DNA from: a virus | Direction: 5' to 3' (one strand) | Length of the DNA: 64,000 bases | IMG/VR virus record: IMGVR_UViG_3300017917_001151 | Span: 1-64,000 of that record | Shown here: piece after piece, positions 55,444 through 64,000 of the stretch | How positions within the stretch are numbered: the first letter of the stretch is position 1 | How the letters are laid out: each line of letters begins with the position of its first letter | Made by a program: the position numbers and the translations under genes | Notes under the pieces: model-generated | What the model was told of the DNA's origin: nothing | The model's input: only the letters and a program-made list of their open reading frames with translations | The model's database searches: none

Positions 55444-56246
55444 TAGTATGTGTCCAAGTGATCTATGCCTAACTTTTTACGGAAATCTTCTGTAAATTTT
55501 CCATCAATGCGTAGACTGTAACTTTGTTCCATGATACGTTCTCCACCATGCCAGTCTACATCATTCCACCATGCAGCTCGTGTATTGAGATATGTTTTGT
55601 TTTTTGTTTCGGGATCCCACAGATAGAATGCTTTCTTAGTGTTAGGACGTATGTGTATAAATTCGTTGCGATGAGGCGTAACAACATTAACACCATTCTT
55701 GGCATCTAAGTCTCGGTGTTCGAAAGGAATACCGTCTGCCTCGCAATGAAAGAATATAACACGGCCGATGTCTACAAAGATAGTACCTACTAGACTTTCA
55801 ACCCACTTAACGACATTAGGAAAGTACTCCGCTTCGGGTGTAAGTTTACGTGGTGCAGTTCGATCATCCCACGAACCTTCTTCCCATAGGTAATAATAAA
55901 TGTATGGATCATAAGACCCCATAGCCATCTTTAGATAGCGTGTAAAGACATTGCGTTCTTGAAAGTTCTTAAAGTCTTTAGGCATAAGTTTCATGCCTGC
56001 TTCCTTTATAGGATCGCTGTCGGGCAGTGCCATGAACTCCTGCATGGCTTCGTAGATGGGCTTCCAGTGTACACGATAACTCATATCGTCGAAGGTAAAT
56101 CCAGGAGCCATCCAAGTGCCTTCTTTGGCATGCTGTCTAGCTAATGCAAAACCTGTAAGGATTTCCGGCTGCATTTTTTCAAAGGCAGACATGTCAATAT
56201 ACGGTTCCATGTCTATATATGTGTTGCCGTTAATTCCCTTAATCAT
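55443..56246 (-). CDS. putative Fe(II) oxygenase-like (cupin) protein
   Basis: EHRD...WHGG...SLRIDG facial-triad-like spacing. Confidence 0.6.
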   Translation of the reverse strand: MIKGINGNTYIDMEPYIDMSAFEKMQPEILTGFALARQHAKEGTWMAPGFTFDDMSYRVHWKPIYEAMQEFMALPDSDPIKEAGMKLMPKDFKNFQERNVFTRYLKMAMGSYDPYIYYYLWEEGSWDDRTAPRKLTPEAEYFPNVVKWVESLVGTIFVDIGRVIFFHCEADGIPFEHRDLDAKNGVNVVTPHRNEFIHIRPNTKKAFYLWDPETKNKTYLNTRAAWWNDVDWHGGERIMEQSYSLRIDGKFTEDFRKKLGIDHLDTY

Positions 56247-57795
56247 TATTTTTCCTATCTTCTAACATTTTTATAAGTCTTGGGTAATAATCTAATTCAA
56301 CAATTTCATAAACTACTTGCTCAGGTATGTATGATTCTAGATTAAATTTAGTTCTCAATCTTGAAACCTGGAATCCCATAACTTTCATAAAATGTCCTAG
56401 GTATTGAGGTCCAAATATTTTCTTTTGTATTTCTACAATTTTTTCGTGATACTCAACTGCTAGCCTTTCTGCTTGATTCCTATCACGGATATCTCCAGTA
56501 TCTTTTTCAGTTTTCTCCCATAGGCCACCGTGAAAATCGATATGCTCGTCTGATAGCTCCTCGCTGGAAAATTTATATCCAAAATCGCTAATTCTATTAT
56601 CCATATCTGATACGAATATTCTATATGGATCGTGTTTTCTATTTTCTAATGACAAAAATAAAGGATTGATATTTGCGAAGTCTATGTAGTTGTGTCCTTC
56701 TTCTTCGTACCAAGAAATAAAGTTCTCAAAAGATTCAGTTGTATCGTTAGGTAGACCTACAATTAAATTTGCCACTACCATAACATCTTTGCCCCAACAT
56801 TCTTTAGCGATTTTCAAAGCCTGAATCTTTCGATCTCTCGACCCGCCTTTTTTAATAATTTTAGCTGTTTCTGGGTTCCATGTTTCTAATCCGTACATCA
56901 CATACTTAACACCAATCTTTTTCAATAGAGGCGCCATTTCAGGGTGGGCACCTATTAGATCGATTCTTGTATACGCAGCGAAATCGGGTTGGAAAGGAAG
57001 TTTCTCTATAACTTCGCTGAGTAGTTGAAGTTTATATACACTGTCATTAAAGGTATCGTCAACAATGAAGTAGGTAGTTACTCCCCATTTTTCATAATTA
57101 GACAACAGTTCATTATAAACAACTTCTTGATATTTTAGATAATCTATTGTTTTAGATCCTATCATAGGAAATGAACAAAATGCGCACTTAAAAATACAGC
57201 CTCTAGCGAATTCAACTGACAGTAATTCCTCAGCGTGTATTAAATCGTATTCAGTATATTCAATAGAAGAAGCATTAAAGTTAAAGTCCTTGGCCTTAAC
57301 ATCATGACTAATGATTCTAGGCAGGTTAAAGAAAGGTATAGACATACTGTCTAAGTAAGTTTCAATTTGACCTTCACTATAGCCAATAAAAATGTTGTCA
57401 ATTGATTCCTGATCTATATACTTGTGCGCAGTAAATCCACCTAAGATTATTTTTACATTAGGATTTATTGATTTAATATAATCTGCGAAGGGTTTTACGT
57501 TTTTATTTTTAAAATTAATGCTGACTGATTTTTCTTTCCAGTCGTCCGTATCAGGAAATATATCTACCTGAGAATCAAACCAGTTGGCACTAAAACCAAC
57601 AATTAAGGTTTCTTGGTCTACAGACAAATCGATAATGTTTTTAAACTTTTCCCAGTTCAGTGCAAACGAATAATTTACAACTAGTGTTTCATAGCCTTTA
57701 TTTCTGATGGCCGAAGCAATACTGTATGTTCCGGCAGATCGTGTAAAGCCGAACCTTACTTCCGAGTCGCTGAATAAAATAACTTTAAATGTCAT
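56239..57795 (-). CDS. B12-binding-domain-type radical SAM enzyme (family D)
   Basis: RSAGTYSIA, IILGG, RGCIFKCAFC, DDTFND, GLET, GLPNDT. Confidence 0.9.
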   Translation of the reverse strand: MTFKVILFSDSEVRFGFTRSAGTYSIASAIRNKGYETLVVNYSFALNWEKFKNIIDLSVDQETLIVGFSANWFDSQVDIFPDTDDWKEKSVSINFKNKNVKPFADYIKSINPNVKIILGGFTAHKYIDQESIDNIFIGYSEGQIETYLDSMSIPFFNLPRIISHDVKAKDFNFNASSIEYTEYDLIHAEELLSVEFARGCIFKCAFCSFPMIGSKTIDYLKYQEVVYNELLSNYEKWGVTTYFIVDDTFNDSVYKLQLLSEVIEKLPFQPDFAAYTRIDLIGAHPEMAPLLKKIGVKYVMYGLETWNPETAKIIKKGGSRDRKIQALKIAKECWGKDVMVVANLIVGLPNDTTESFENFISWYEEEGHNYIDFANINPLFLSLENRKHDPYRIFVSDMDNRISDFGYKFSSEELSDEHIDFHGGLWEKTEKDTGDIRDRNQAERLAVEYHEKIVEIQKKIFGPQYLGHFMKVMGFQVSRLRTKFNLESYIPEQVVYEIVELDYYPRLIKMLEDRKNND

Positions 57796-58855
57796 CTTTT
57801 CTGTGTCCGTAGTTGTCTATATATTCTTGAGGAATAGTATCCCATAAATTTAAACCTTTATTCACTGCACAATCTCGAAGTATAACTTGGTGTACTAACG
57901 GAGATCTTGGTTTTCCTGGTAGTATATCAGCCATGGCTTCGGTCTGAACTTCTAGTAAGTCCAATGTTTTAGCATCAGGCCACTGAATTATTTTAACAAG
58001 GATTCCGTTAATTGTCATTGGATAGTGTGCCCTATTGCCGGTGTAGGGATCAAATCCCACCTGCCATTTATTTTTTTCAGCAATACGGTTAGCTTCCTTC
58101 ACTAGATCAGATAAAAAGATTTTCGGACCTCCTGGATAACGACCAATGTCTGCTCCGCATCTTACTCTATATTGTTCACATATACCTGTACCGAATTGTT
58201 GTATTTCTTCTAAGCAATATTCCATCTGATCTAATGTTTCTAATGTATAACTAACATTCTTAATACGAAGACCAACGTCTTGCATATTCTTAATGCCTTC
58301 CATCTGCTTCATACGAACAGTGCGTCCTTGGTAATCGGGGTGGTTAAGGCCGATAGTCCACATGACATTTTTTAAGTCTTTAAACTGTTCTACATATTCT
58401 CTTTCGGATAATCTAACTCCGTTGGTTAGAATCATGATGCCACGAGGCTTACCGGGCAATGCTTGTATTGCTTTAATAAACTCAGGAAGGTCTTTTCTTA
58501 CAGTCGGCTCTGCTCCACACAGGGCTACAGGAAAACCGTCATCTGGCCAACTTTTAATAATGTTTAAAAAATAATCTATAGGCTTATCTTTGCTCATATT
58601 GTCCGGTTCTTGATAGCAGTTTGGACAATTTAAATTGCAACGATTGGTGATATCAATGAGATAACTTTGTAGTGCTTCTCTCGGATAGTTATAATTTAAA
58701 TAAAAGTCTGCATCTGGTTCAACTAGATGTTCACTGTATCCGTGATGTTTGCAGGTTTTACCTAACCAAATTTGACCGTCGCGGTGAAACCTTGTAGCAG
58801 GTACATGCCTGTAACAATTCTCACATACTGATAATGTGTCTTCTAGTTTAATCAT
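57785..58855 (-). CDS. radical SAM enzyme with N-terminal CxxC...CxxHG metal site (family E)
   Basis: CENC...KTCKHHG; CNLNCPNC; GAEPT; LTNG. Confidence 0.9.
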   Translation of the reverse strand: MIKLEDTLSVCENCYRHVPATRFHRDGQIWLGKTCKHHGYSEHLVEPDADFYLNYNYPREALQSYLIDITNRCNLNCPNCYQEPDNMSKDKPIDYFLNIIKSWPDDGFPVALCGAEPTVRKDLPEFIKAIQALPGKPRGIMILTNGVRLSEREYVEQFKDLKNVMWTIGLNHPDYQGRTVRMKQMEGIKNMQDVGLRIKNVSYTLETLDQMEYCLEEIQQFGTGICEQYRVRCGADIGRYPGGPKIFLSDLVKEANRIAEKNKWQVGFDPYTGNRAHYPMTINGILVKIIQWPDAKTLDLLEVQTEAMADILPGKPRSPLVHQVILRDCAVNKGLNLWDTIPQEYIDNYGHRKDDI

Positions 58856-58871
58856 GTGGGTTCAAAAAATT

Positions 58872-58885
58872 CATAAATATTTATG
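58872..58885. promoter_or_regulatory. palindromic bidirectional late box CATAAATATTTATG
   Basis: 14-bp perfect palindrome containing TAAATA on both strands between divergent genes. Confidence 0.7.
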
Positions 58886-58911
58886 GTATAAAATATACTA
58901 AAGGAGCCTTT

Positions 58912-59475
58912 ATGAAAGTTGCTATAACAGGACATACCAGTGGTATTGGTTTGTCATTAGCTGAAAAGTTTTTAGAAAATAAATGTGAAGTTGTTGGATT
59001 TAGCCGATCTAACGGATTTGATATTGGAAACGAGGCTCACAGAATGGAAATTCTTAACAAGATAGATGACTGTGATGCATTTATCAATAATGCCTTCCAC
59101 GATGACGGACAATTAAAACTGTTAGAAGGTGTTATGAAAAGATGGGAAGGAGCCAATAAACACGTTGTTAACATCTCGAGCGTTATTGTTTTGATGCCCG
59201 AAAACAATTTTGTGCAATGGCCAAAGGTTCACAGTTATAGATCTGCGAAGTTAAATCTAAATAATTTTGCAAGAAATTATAAGGGTAGTGTTAGATTACT
59301 CAATGTTCTTCCCGGAATTGTAAAAACAAATTTTTATTTAATAGATGAGAATCCAGAAGCAATGGTTAATGCTATGGATGTGTCTTTTGTTACAGATAAA
59401 ATTATAAACGTTTTTTTCAATGAGGGTTATGCAACAAAACAGATCGTGATTTCAAAAGCAACTCAAGGATTATGA
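58912..59475 (+). CDS. short-chain dehydrogenase/reductase
   Basis: TGHTSGIG, INNA, NISS, YRSAK, PG.V.T. Confidence 0.9.
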   Translation: MKVAITGHTSGIGLSLAEKFLENKCEVVGFSRSNGFDIGNEAHRMEILNKIDDCDAFINNAFHDDGQLKLLEGVMKRWEGANKHVVNISSVIVLMPENNFVQWPKVHSYRSAKLNLNNFARNYKGSVRLLNVLPGIVKTNFYLIDENPEAMVNAMDVSFVTDKIINVFFNEGYATKQIVISKATQGL

Positions 59476-60947
59476 TTAAAAATTTTCATTCTATAATTTT
59501 TAATATGGGGGCTTTGGGCGAATACATTAAAGGTAGAACGTCTGGAGCTTATCGTATTGCCACAGAACTACGAACACAAGGTTGGGACGTGGAAGTTGTA
59601 GATTTCTTTTATTTTTGGAAATTAGAAGAATTAAAAGAATTATCCAGAAATAGAATCAATAAGAACACGAAGTTTATAGGCTTTAGTCATATTTTCAGTG
59701 ACTGGCCAGAACTAGCTGAAGATTATACTACATGGGTAAAAGAAAATTATCCCGATATTAAGATTATCTTTGGCTGCAATGCTTATAAAAATTTTAATAC
59801 AAAAAACATAGATTATTATGTTGCCGGTTATGGAGAGTTGGCTTTACTTACATTATTAGAATATCTGTTTAGCAACGGAACTAGACCTATAATAACTCCC
59901 ATCGACGGCAACAGAGTCATTGAAGCACAAAAATATTATACTGCAACTCCTTGGAGAGAACCAAGCATCTTCTATGAAGATAGAGATTTTATCAAAGATC
60001 ACGAATGGCTTGGTATTGAGTTTAGTAGAGGATGTAAATTTAAATGTGCCTATTGTAATTTCCCTGTACTAGGTGTGAGAGGAGATTACGGTAGAAACCT
60101 TGACGGTGCGAAACTTCAATTACAAGATGCATACGATAGATTCGGTACAACGAAGTATCTAATCAGCGACGAAACATTTAACGATAGAACAGAAAAAATT
60201 ACTAAGATTGCCGACATGATCGAAACCTTAGAGTTTCAACCGTTCTTTGCATCGCATATTAGAGCAGATTTATTAATATCTAGGCCGCACGAAAAAGAAG
60301 AACTTCTGAGAATGAATACTTTATTCCATTTTTATGGAATAGAATCTTTTAACTACGAGTCTGCCAGAGTATGTGGCAAAGGTATGAAGTCTGAAAGACT
60401 AAGAGAAGGTGTTATTAACATTAAAAATTTCTTTAAAAATAACGGCACAGGTTATTATAGAGGCACCATCGGCCTTATTGCAGGTCTTCCATACGAAACA
60501 GAAGAGTCAGTTATAGATACGATTAAGTTTTTGAACGAGCATTGGAAAGGCGAAAATGTGATGTTAAATCCTCTAGACATTTATAAGTCGTCTTTGGCCA
60601 ACGTTTCTATATTTGAAGAGAAGTTTGACGAGTTTGGTTATCGAGTGATGACTGAAGTTCCGGAAGAATATAGAAACGGATCTAGAGAGTTAGCGACCGG
60701 ACCTCGATTTACTCCTAATTCTGTTATATGGGAAAATGATCACACCAACTATTATAGGATTAGAGAAATCGTTTCTAAGTTAAGAGATACATTTGACGAT
60801 GTATATAGACTTGCCTGCTTTGAATTGTCCAATGACTTTTCTGATAAAGGACTGGAACATACACTAACTATACCATATAGTACATTTGGTGGCGAGTATC
60901 AAACAGCGTTTGTGGAAAATTATAAGAAACAAAAATTAGGATTATAA
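59472..60947 (+). CDS. B12-binding-domain-type radical SAM enzyme (family D)
   Basis: RTSGAYRIA, GYGE, RGCKFKCAYC, DETFND, GIES, GLPYET. Confidence 0.9.
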   Translation: MIKNFHSIIFNMGALGEYIKGRTSGAYRIATELRTQGWDVEVVDFFYFWKLEELKELSRNRINKNTKFIGFSHIFSDWPELAEDYTTWVKENYPDIKIIFGCNAYKNFNTKNIDYYVAGYGELALLTLLEYLFSNGTRPIITPIDGNRVIEAQKYYTATPWREPSIFYEDRDFIKDHEWLGIEFSRGCKFKCAYCNFPVLGVRGDYGRNLDGAKLQLQDAYDRFGTTKYLISDETFNDRTEKITKIADMIETLEFQPFFASHIRADLLISRPHEKEELLRMNTLFHFYGIESFNYESARVCGKGMKSERLREGVINIKNFFKNNGTGYYRGTIGLIAGLPYETEESVIDTIKFLNEHWKGENVMLNPLDIYKSSLANVSIFEEKFDEFGYRVMTEVPEEYRNGSRELATGPRFTPNSVIWENDHTNYYRIREIVSKLRDTFDDVYRLACFELSNDFSDKGLEHTLTIPYSTFGGEYQTAFVENYKKQKLGL

Positions 60948-62069
60948 AAGTCTTTTAGGTTTCTTTGCAGGACTTTCAAACTTGTATTCTAACTCGCTAA
61001 TTTCTATAGGTCCGGACCAATTCTTTTTCCAATAGTTGCTTTCAAACTTTTCTTTTAGCACGTAGTGGTCCGGGACTATATCAAGACGTTTCATTTTATT
61101 ATTTGTAAACGCATCTCTTAATATAACCTGATGAATGTAATTAGTAATCGGACCTTCGTTAAACGCTGCCCAAGGTCCGTTGTTTAATTCTTCCATATCT
61201 GCACTTCTAACATCGGGCCATTGGATTACACGAATATTCATACCCTTCCAGTTGTACATATTATGATATAAATTTTCTTCTAGGGGTGTATGAACAAGCT
61301 CGTCGCCTAACAGTTTCTTCAATGCTTTAACTGTAGTGCTTAGATAATTCCTTCCGCCGGTGCTACGACCAATGCTGGCACCCATTCTAATTCTAACTAG
61401 ATTAACTTTGTCTCTACCTATCTTATCTAATTCTTCTAATATCTCAGGTAGGTGATCTAGATCCTCGAGGGTATAACCTATACCATCTAGTCGGCCGTGT
61501 TCTTTAATGTTCTCTATACCGCGAAGTTGTTTTTCGTGTACTTTTTTACCTTGATATGTCCAATGATTTAAACCTACAGCCGGTAATATAGTACGTCCGG
61601 TGAGTAGTTCTTTTGCCCAGTCGTTGTCGGCAAATCTAAGACCGTTGGTTAACATTCTAACTTTTCCAAAGTCATCTGCTAATTTGTGACTCAATGGAAT
61701 AATTTCTGAATATAGAGATGCTTCTGCTCCGGCAAGAATAGGAATAAACCCTTCTGGAAACATTTCAGGTATTCTAATTAAACTACTCATAGGACTGTCT
61801 ATGTATTTGTTATCCGGAAGTTGATAACAATGAGGACAGTTTAACTGACACTTGTTTGTTACTTCAAACATAATCGAAACAAATTCACTTTCGTCGGTTT
61901 TAGAAAGACCGTAATAGTATTCCAAATCAATTTCAACTACTTCTTCCATGATGCCGTGCTCTGGACATTTTTTAGATAACCAAATTTTATCATCTCTTTC
62001 AAAGACAACACCTGGAATGTGTCGATAACATTCATTGCAAAGACCGACTGTATTGTGTATAAATTTCAT
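60942..62069 (-). CDS. radical SAM enzyme with N-terminal CxxC...CxxHG site (family E)
   Basis: CNEC...KKCPEHG; CQLNCPHC; LTNG; HQVILRD shared with 57785. Confidence 0.9.
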   Translation of the reverse strand: MKFIHNTVGLCNECYRHIPGVVFERDDKIWLSKKCPEHGIMEEVVEIDLEYYYGLSKTDESEFVSIMFEVTNKCQLNCPHCYQLPDNKYIDSPMSSLIRIPEMFPEGFIPILAGAEASLYSEIIPLSHKLADDFGKVRMLTNGLRFADNDWAKELLTGRTILPAVGLNHWTYQGKKVHEKQLRGIENIKEHGRLDGIGYTLEDLDHLPEILEELDKIGRDKVNLVRIRMGASIGRSTGGRNYLSTTVKALKKLLGDELVHTPLEENLYHNMYNWKGMNIRVIQWPDVRSADMEELNNGPWAAFNEGPITNYIHQVILRDAFTNNKMKRLDIVPDHYVLKEKFESNYWKKNWSGPIEISELEYKFESPAKKPKRLL

Positions 62070-62074
62070 AGCAT

Positions 62075-62093
62075 TATTTATGGCCTATAAATA
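62075..62093. promoter_or_regulatory. divergent late promoters
   Basis: TATTTA at 62075-62080 (minus), TATAAATA at 62086-62093 (plus). Confidence 0.7.
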
Positions 62094-62097
62094 GTTG

Positions 62098-62844
62098 ATG
62101 TTTAAAATATTTGATAACTTTTTCACCGAAGAAGAGTGTAATACCGCTGCTGAATATGTAAAACAAAAAGAATCTTCATGGTATAAATGCCCGTGGACCG
62201 GTATGTATATTCTTGGAAATAGTTTGTTTCGTAAAATTACATTTACAGAATCTGGAATAGACTACGGAAATTATTTTGAGATTGGATCTATAGATTCGCC
62301 TGCCTCACAAATTCTTAAAAATAAGTTAACAAATAATTTTAATAAAGTTGAATTTGTGAATGGCCTTAGTAAGCCCGGATTTCAAATTATTAAATTAAAC
62401 GAAAGCAAAGATCCTAGCGTCTGGCATTACGATGATATGATTACTTGTTTTCCTTTTGAAAAATATTTCAAAGACTACACAGGAAATTTTAATGAATATT
62501 TTGATCAAAAATTAATTTTTACAGTGCTGTTAAGCGATGGACACTATACTTTCGACTACTATCCCGAAACGTTATCAGAGTTTGGAAAAGATTATAAAGA
62601 AGCACGTAACACAAGTCCTATATGTCCCCAGCATCGAAATCTAATAGGAGACGACTGTGCAAATCCGGATTGTACATTAAAGGAATTTAAAACACTTTAT
62701 TATAAAAAGGGTATGATGTTATTGCAAGACGAAAGATATTTGCATCGAGTCGGACTAGTAGATTTAAATGGTACTAGTGATCTTAGAATAACTTTGCAGG
62801 GATACGGTCTTGTTAAGGACGATATTCTTTATTTGATATGGTGA
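62098..62844 (+). CDS. 2OG-Fe(II) oxygenase-like protein
   Basis: FDNFFTEEEC start, WHYD, LHRVG, RITLQG; Cys insert C..H......C....C. Confidence 0.78.
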   Translation: MFKIFDNFFTEEECNTAAEYVKQKESSWYKCPWTGMYILGNSLFRKITFTESGIDYGNYFEIGSIDSPASQILKNKLTNNFNKVEFVNGLSKPGFQIIKLNESKDPSVWHYDDMITCFPFEKYFKDYTGNFNEYFDQKLIFTVLLSDGHYTFDYYPETLSEFGKDYKEARNTSPICPQHRNLIGDDCANPDCTLKEFKTLYYKKGMMLLQDERYLHRVGLVDLNGTSDLRITLQGYGLVKDDILYLIW

Positions 62845-63488
62845 ACAATCAATTTGTTGTATCGGATGTTTTCATCAGGTCCGCAGCTCAAAGAAATAAC
62901 ATTATAATTATAATCTTTAGTTTGTTCTAAGACTTCATCTTTAGTATAAGATGCCATAAATGATCGTTTTGTATCTGTAATATACTTTTCATCGAACATT
63001 GGCATCATTAGATTAAACAGATTATCTAAAGAAGAAATTTCATCGGGTCTTTCTAAGTCTACTACAAATACATTATCGCTGAGATTCTTAACAGTTTTCC
63101 AAAGGTTTTCGGTGTCGTTAATATGATGTAAAACTCTATTAATTAAAACACCGTCGTAGTTCCCTGTTGCAGATAACAGATCACCTTTTATAATTTTTAT
63201 TCTATCCGACAGGTTGTTATTTTTAATATTCTCCTCGGCTAGAGAAATCATAATATCTGACATTTCATAGCAATCAAATGTAAGGTCGGGAAATTCTAAA
63301 CACAATGCGATTACAAAATTACATGGGCCGGAGCCAAGGTCTGCAATTTTACCAGCTGTCACATTAAAATAATTTTTATATAAGGTTATGTAGTCGACTA
63401 GATCGTATGAATTTATAAGAGATTGATTATAAAAGTTGCAACCTTCAATGTCGGTCATTAAATCATAATCTTCTGGAATGCGTTTCAT
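62829..63488 (-). CDS. class I SAM-dependent methyltransferase
   Basis: IADLGSGP, GD, YD.V....VLHH, DL.RP. Confidence 0.9.
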   Translation of the reverse strand: MKRIPEDYDLMTDIEGCNFYNQSLINSYDLVDYITLYKNYFNVTAGKIADLGSGPCNFVIALCLEFPDLTFDCYEMSDIMISLAEENIKNNNLSDRIKIIKGDLLSATGNYDGVLINRVLHHINDTENLWKTVKNLSDNVFVVDLERPDEISSLDNLFNLMMPMFDEKYITDTKRSFMASYTKDEVLEQTKDYNYNVISLSCGPDENIRYNKLIVHHIK

Positions 63489-64000
63489 CTATATTTCTCC
63501 GGTAATGTATCGAATAAAAATTGCTGTTCATTAAACGATCTATCTCTTAATATAACCTGATGTAGTAAAGGACTCATTGGCTTTCCTGGAATCATATCAG
63601 CATAGGATTCAGAAAATGTTTCGTTAAAATCTATGGTCTTAACGTCGACCCATTTGATTAGTCTATGAACTAAGCCGTTGATCCTTACTAAGAAGTGTGT
63701 TCGATTACCCTCTATAGGATCAACGTCCCACGTCCATCCTTTTATTTTACAGAGTTTCTCTGCTTCTTTTACTAGATCTGATAGGTATAACTCCGGACCG
63801 TGGTCTTCGGGAGTCCTTCCTATATCTACTCCGACCTGTATCCTTGCATTGTCACATATACCTTTTCGATTCCATTCTTGTATTTCTTCTAAAACAAAAT
63901 CAAGTTGTTTAAGATCTCCGAGGGTGTATGTAAAATTTTTTATTTGCAGACCTAATTCAACACAATTTTTAATACCTTGTTCTTGTTTGCTTCGAATAAC
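63485..64000 (-). CDS. C-terminal part of a third family E radical SAM enzyme (5' beyond window; not in ORF track)
   Basis: Hand translation ...KQEQGIKN...YTL...LEEIQ...DIGR...YLSDLVKEA...GNRTH...PGKPMSPLLHQVILRD... aligns with the 57785 protein. Confidence 0.88.
   Translation of the reverse strand, partial: VIRSKQEQGIKNCVELGLQIKNFTYTLGDLKQLDFVLEEIQEWNRKGICDNARIQVGVDIGRTPEDHGPELYLSDLVKEAEKLCKIKGWTWDVDPIEGNRTHFLVRINGLVHRLIKWVDVKTIDFNETFSESYADMIPGKPMSPLLHQVILRDRSFNEQQFLFDTLPEKYR

Noticed and set aside
1-64000. CRISPR array, integrase, transposase, intron or intein
   Set aside because: No regularly spaced nucleotide repeats or mobile-element motifs seen by eye; a short degenerate element could be missed
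35921-64000. RiPP precursor peptide within the island
   Set aside because: Intergenic gaps are under about 70 nt and occupied by promoter boxes; no convincing small ORF found
1-64000. Stop-codon reassignment (alternative genetic code)
   Set aside because: Recognisable genes are full length under code 11, and TAA, TGA and TAG all appear as stops at gene junctions

Overview
This is a gene-dense, AT-rich segment of a large T4-like (myovirus-type) bacteriophage genome using the standard genetic code. The host is probably a proteobacterium, inferred from its IscU/IscA/KdsA. Layout by position: 1-5 kb replication/nucleotide genes (PhoH, dCMP deaminase, clamp loader, cytidylyltransferase, MazG-like, GroES-like, short DnaE-like fragment); 5-21.3 kb virion/tail-fibre genes; 21.3-27.2 kb auxiliary genes (iscA, iscU, sod, uvsE, glycosyltransferase-like, kdsA, queD with a pseudoknot-like leader); 27-35.9 kb structural paralogs, early hypotheticals, thyX, a histone-like gene and an atypical 112-nt tRNA-like RNA. 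The main feature runs from 35.9 kb to the window end: an uninterrupted >28 kb island of tailoring enzymes. It holds 14 radical SAM genes in five paralog families, about 13 2OG/Fe(II)-oxygenase-like genes, two methyltransferases, and QueC-like, PLP-dependent, SDR and kinase-like genes. TAAATA late-type promoter boxes sit at its divergent junctions, and no substrate or precursor gene is visible. All calls come from motif recognition by eye, with no database searches.
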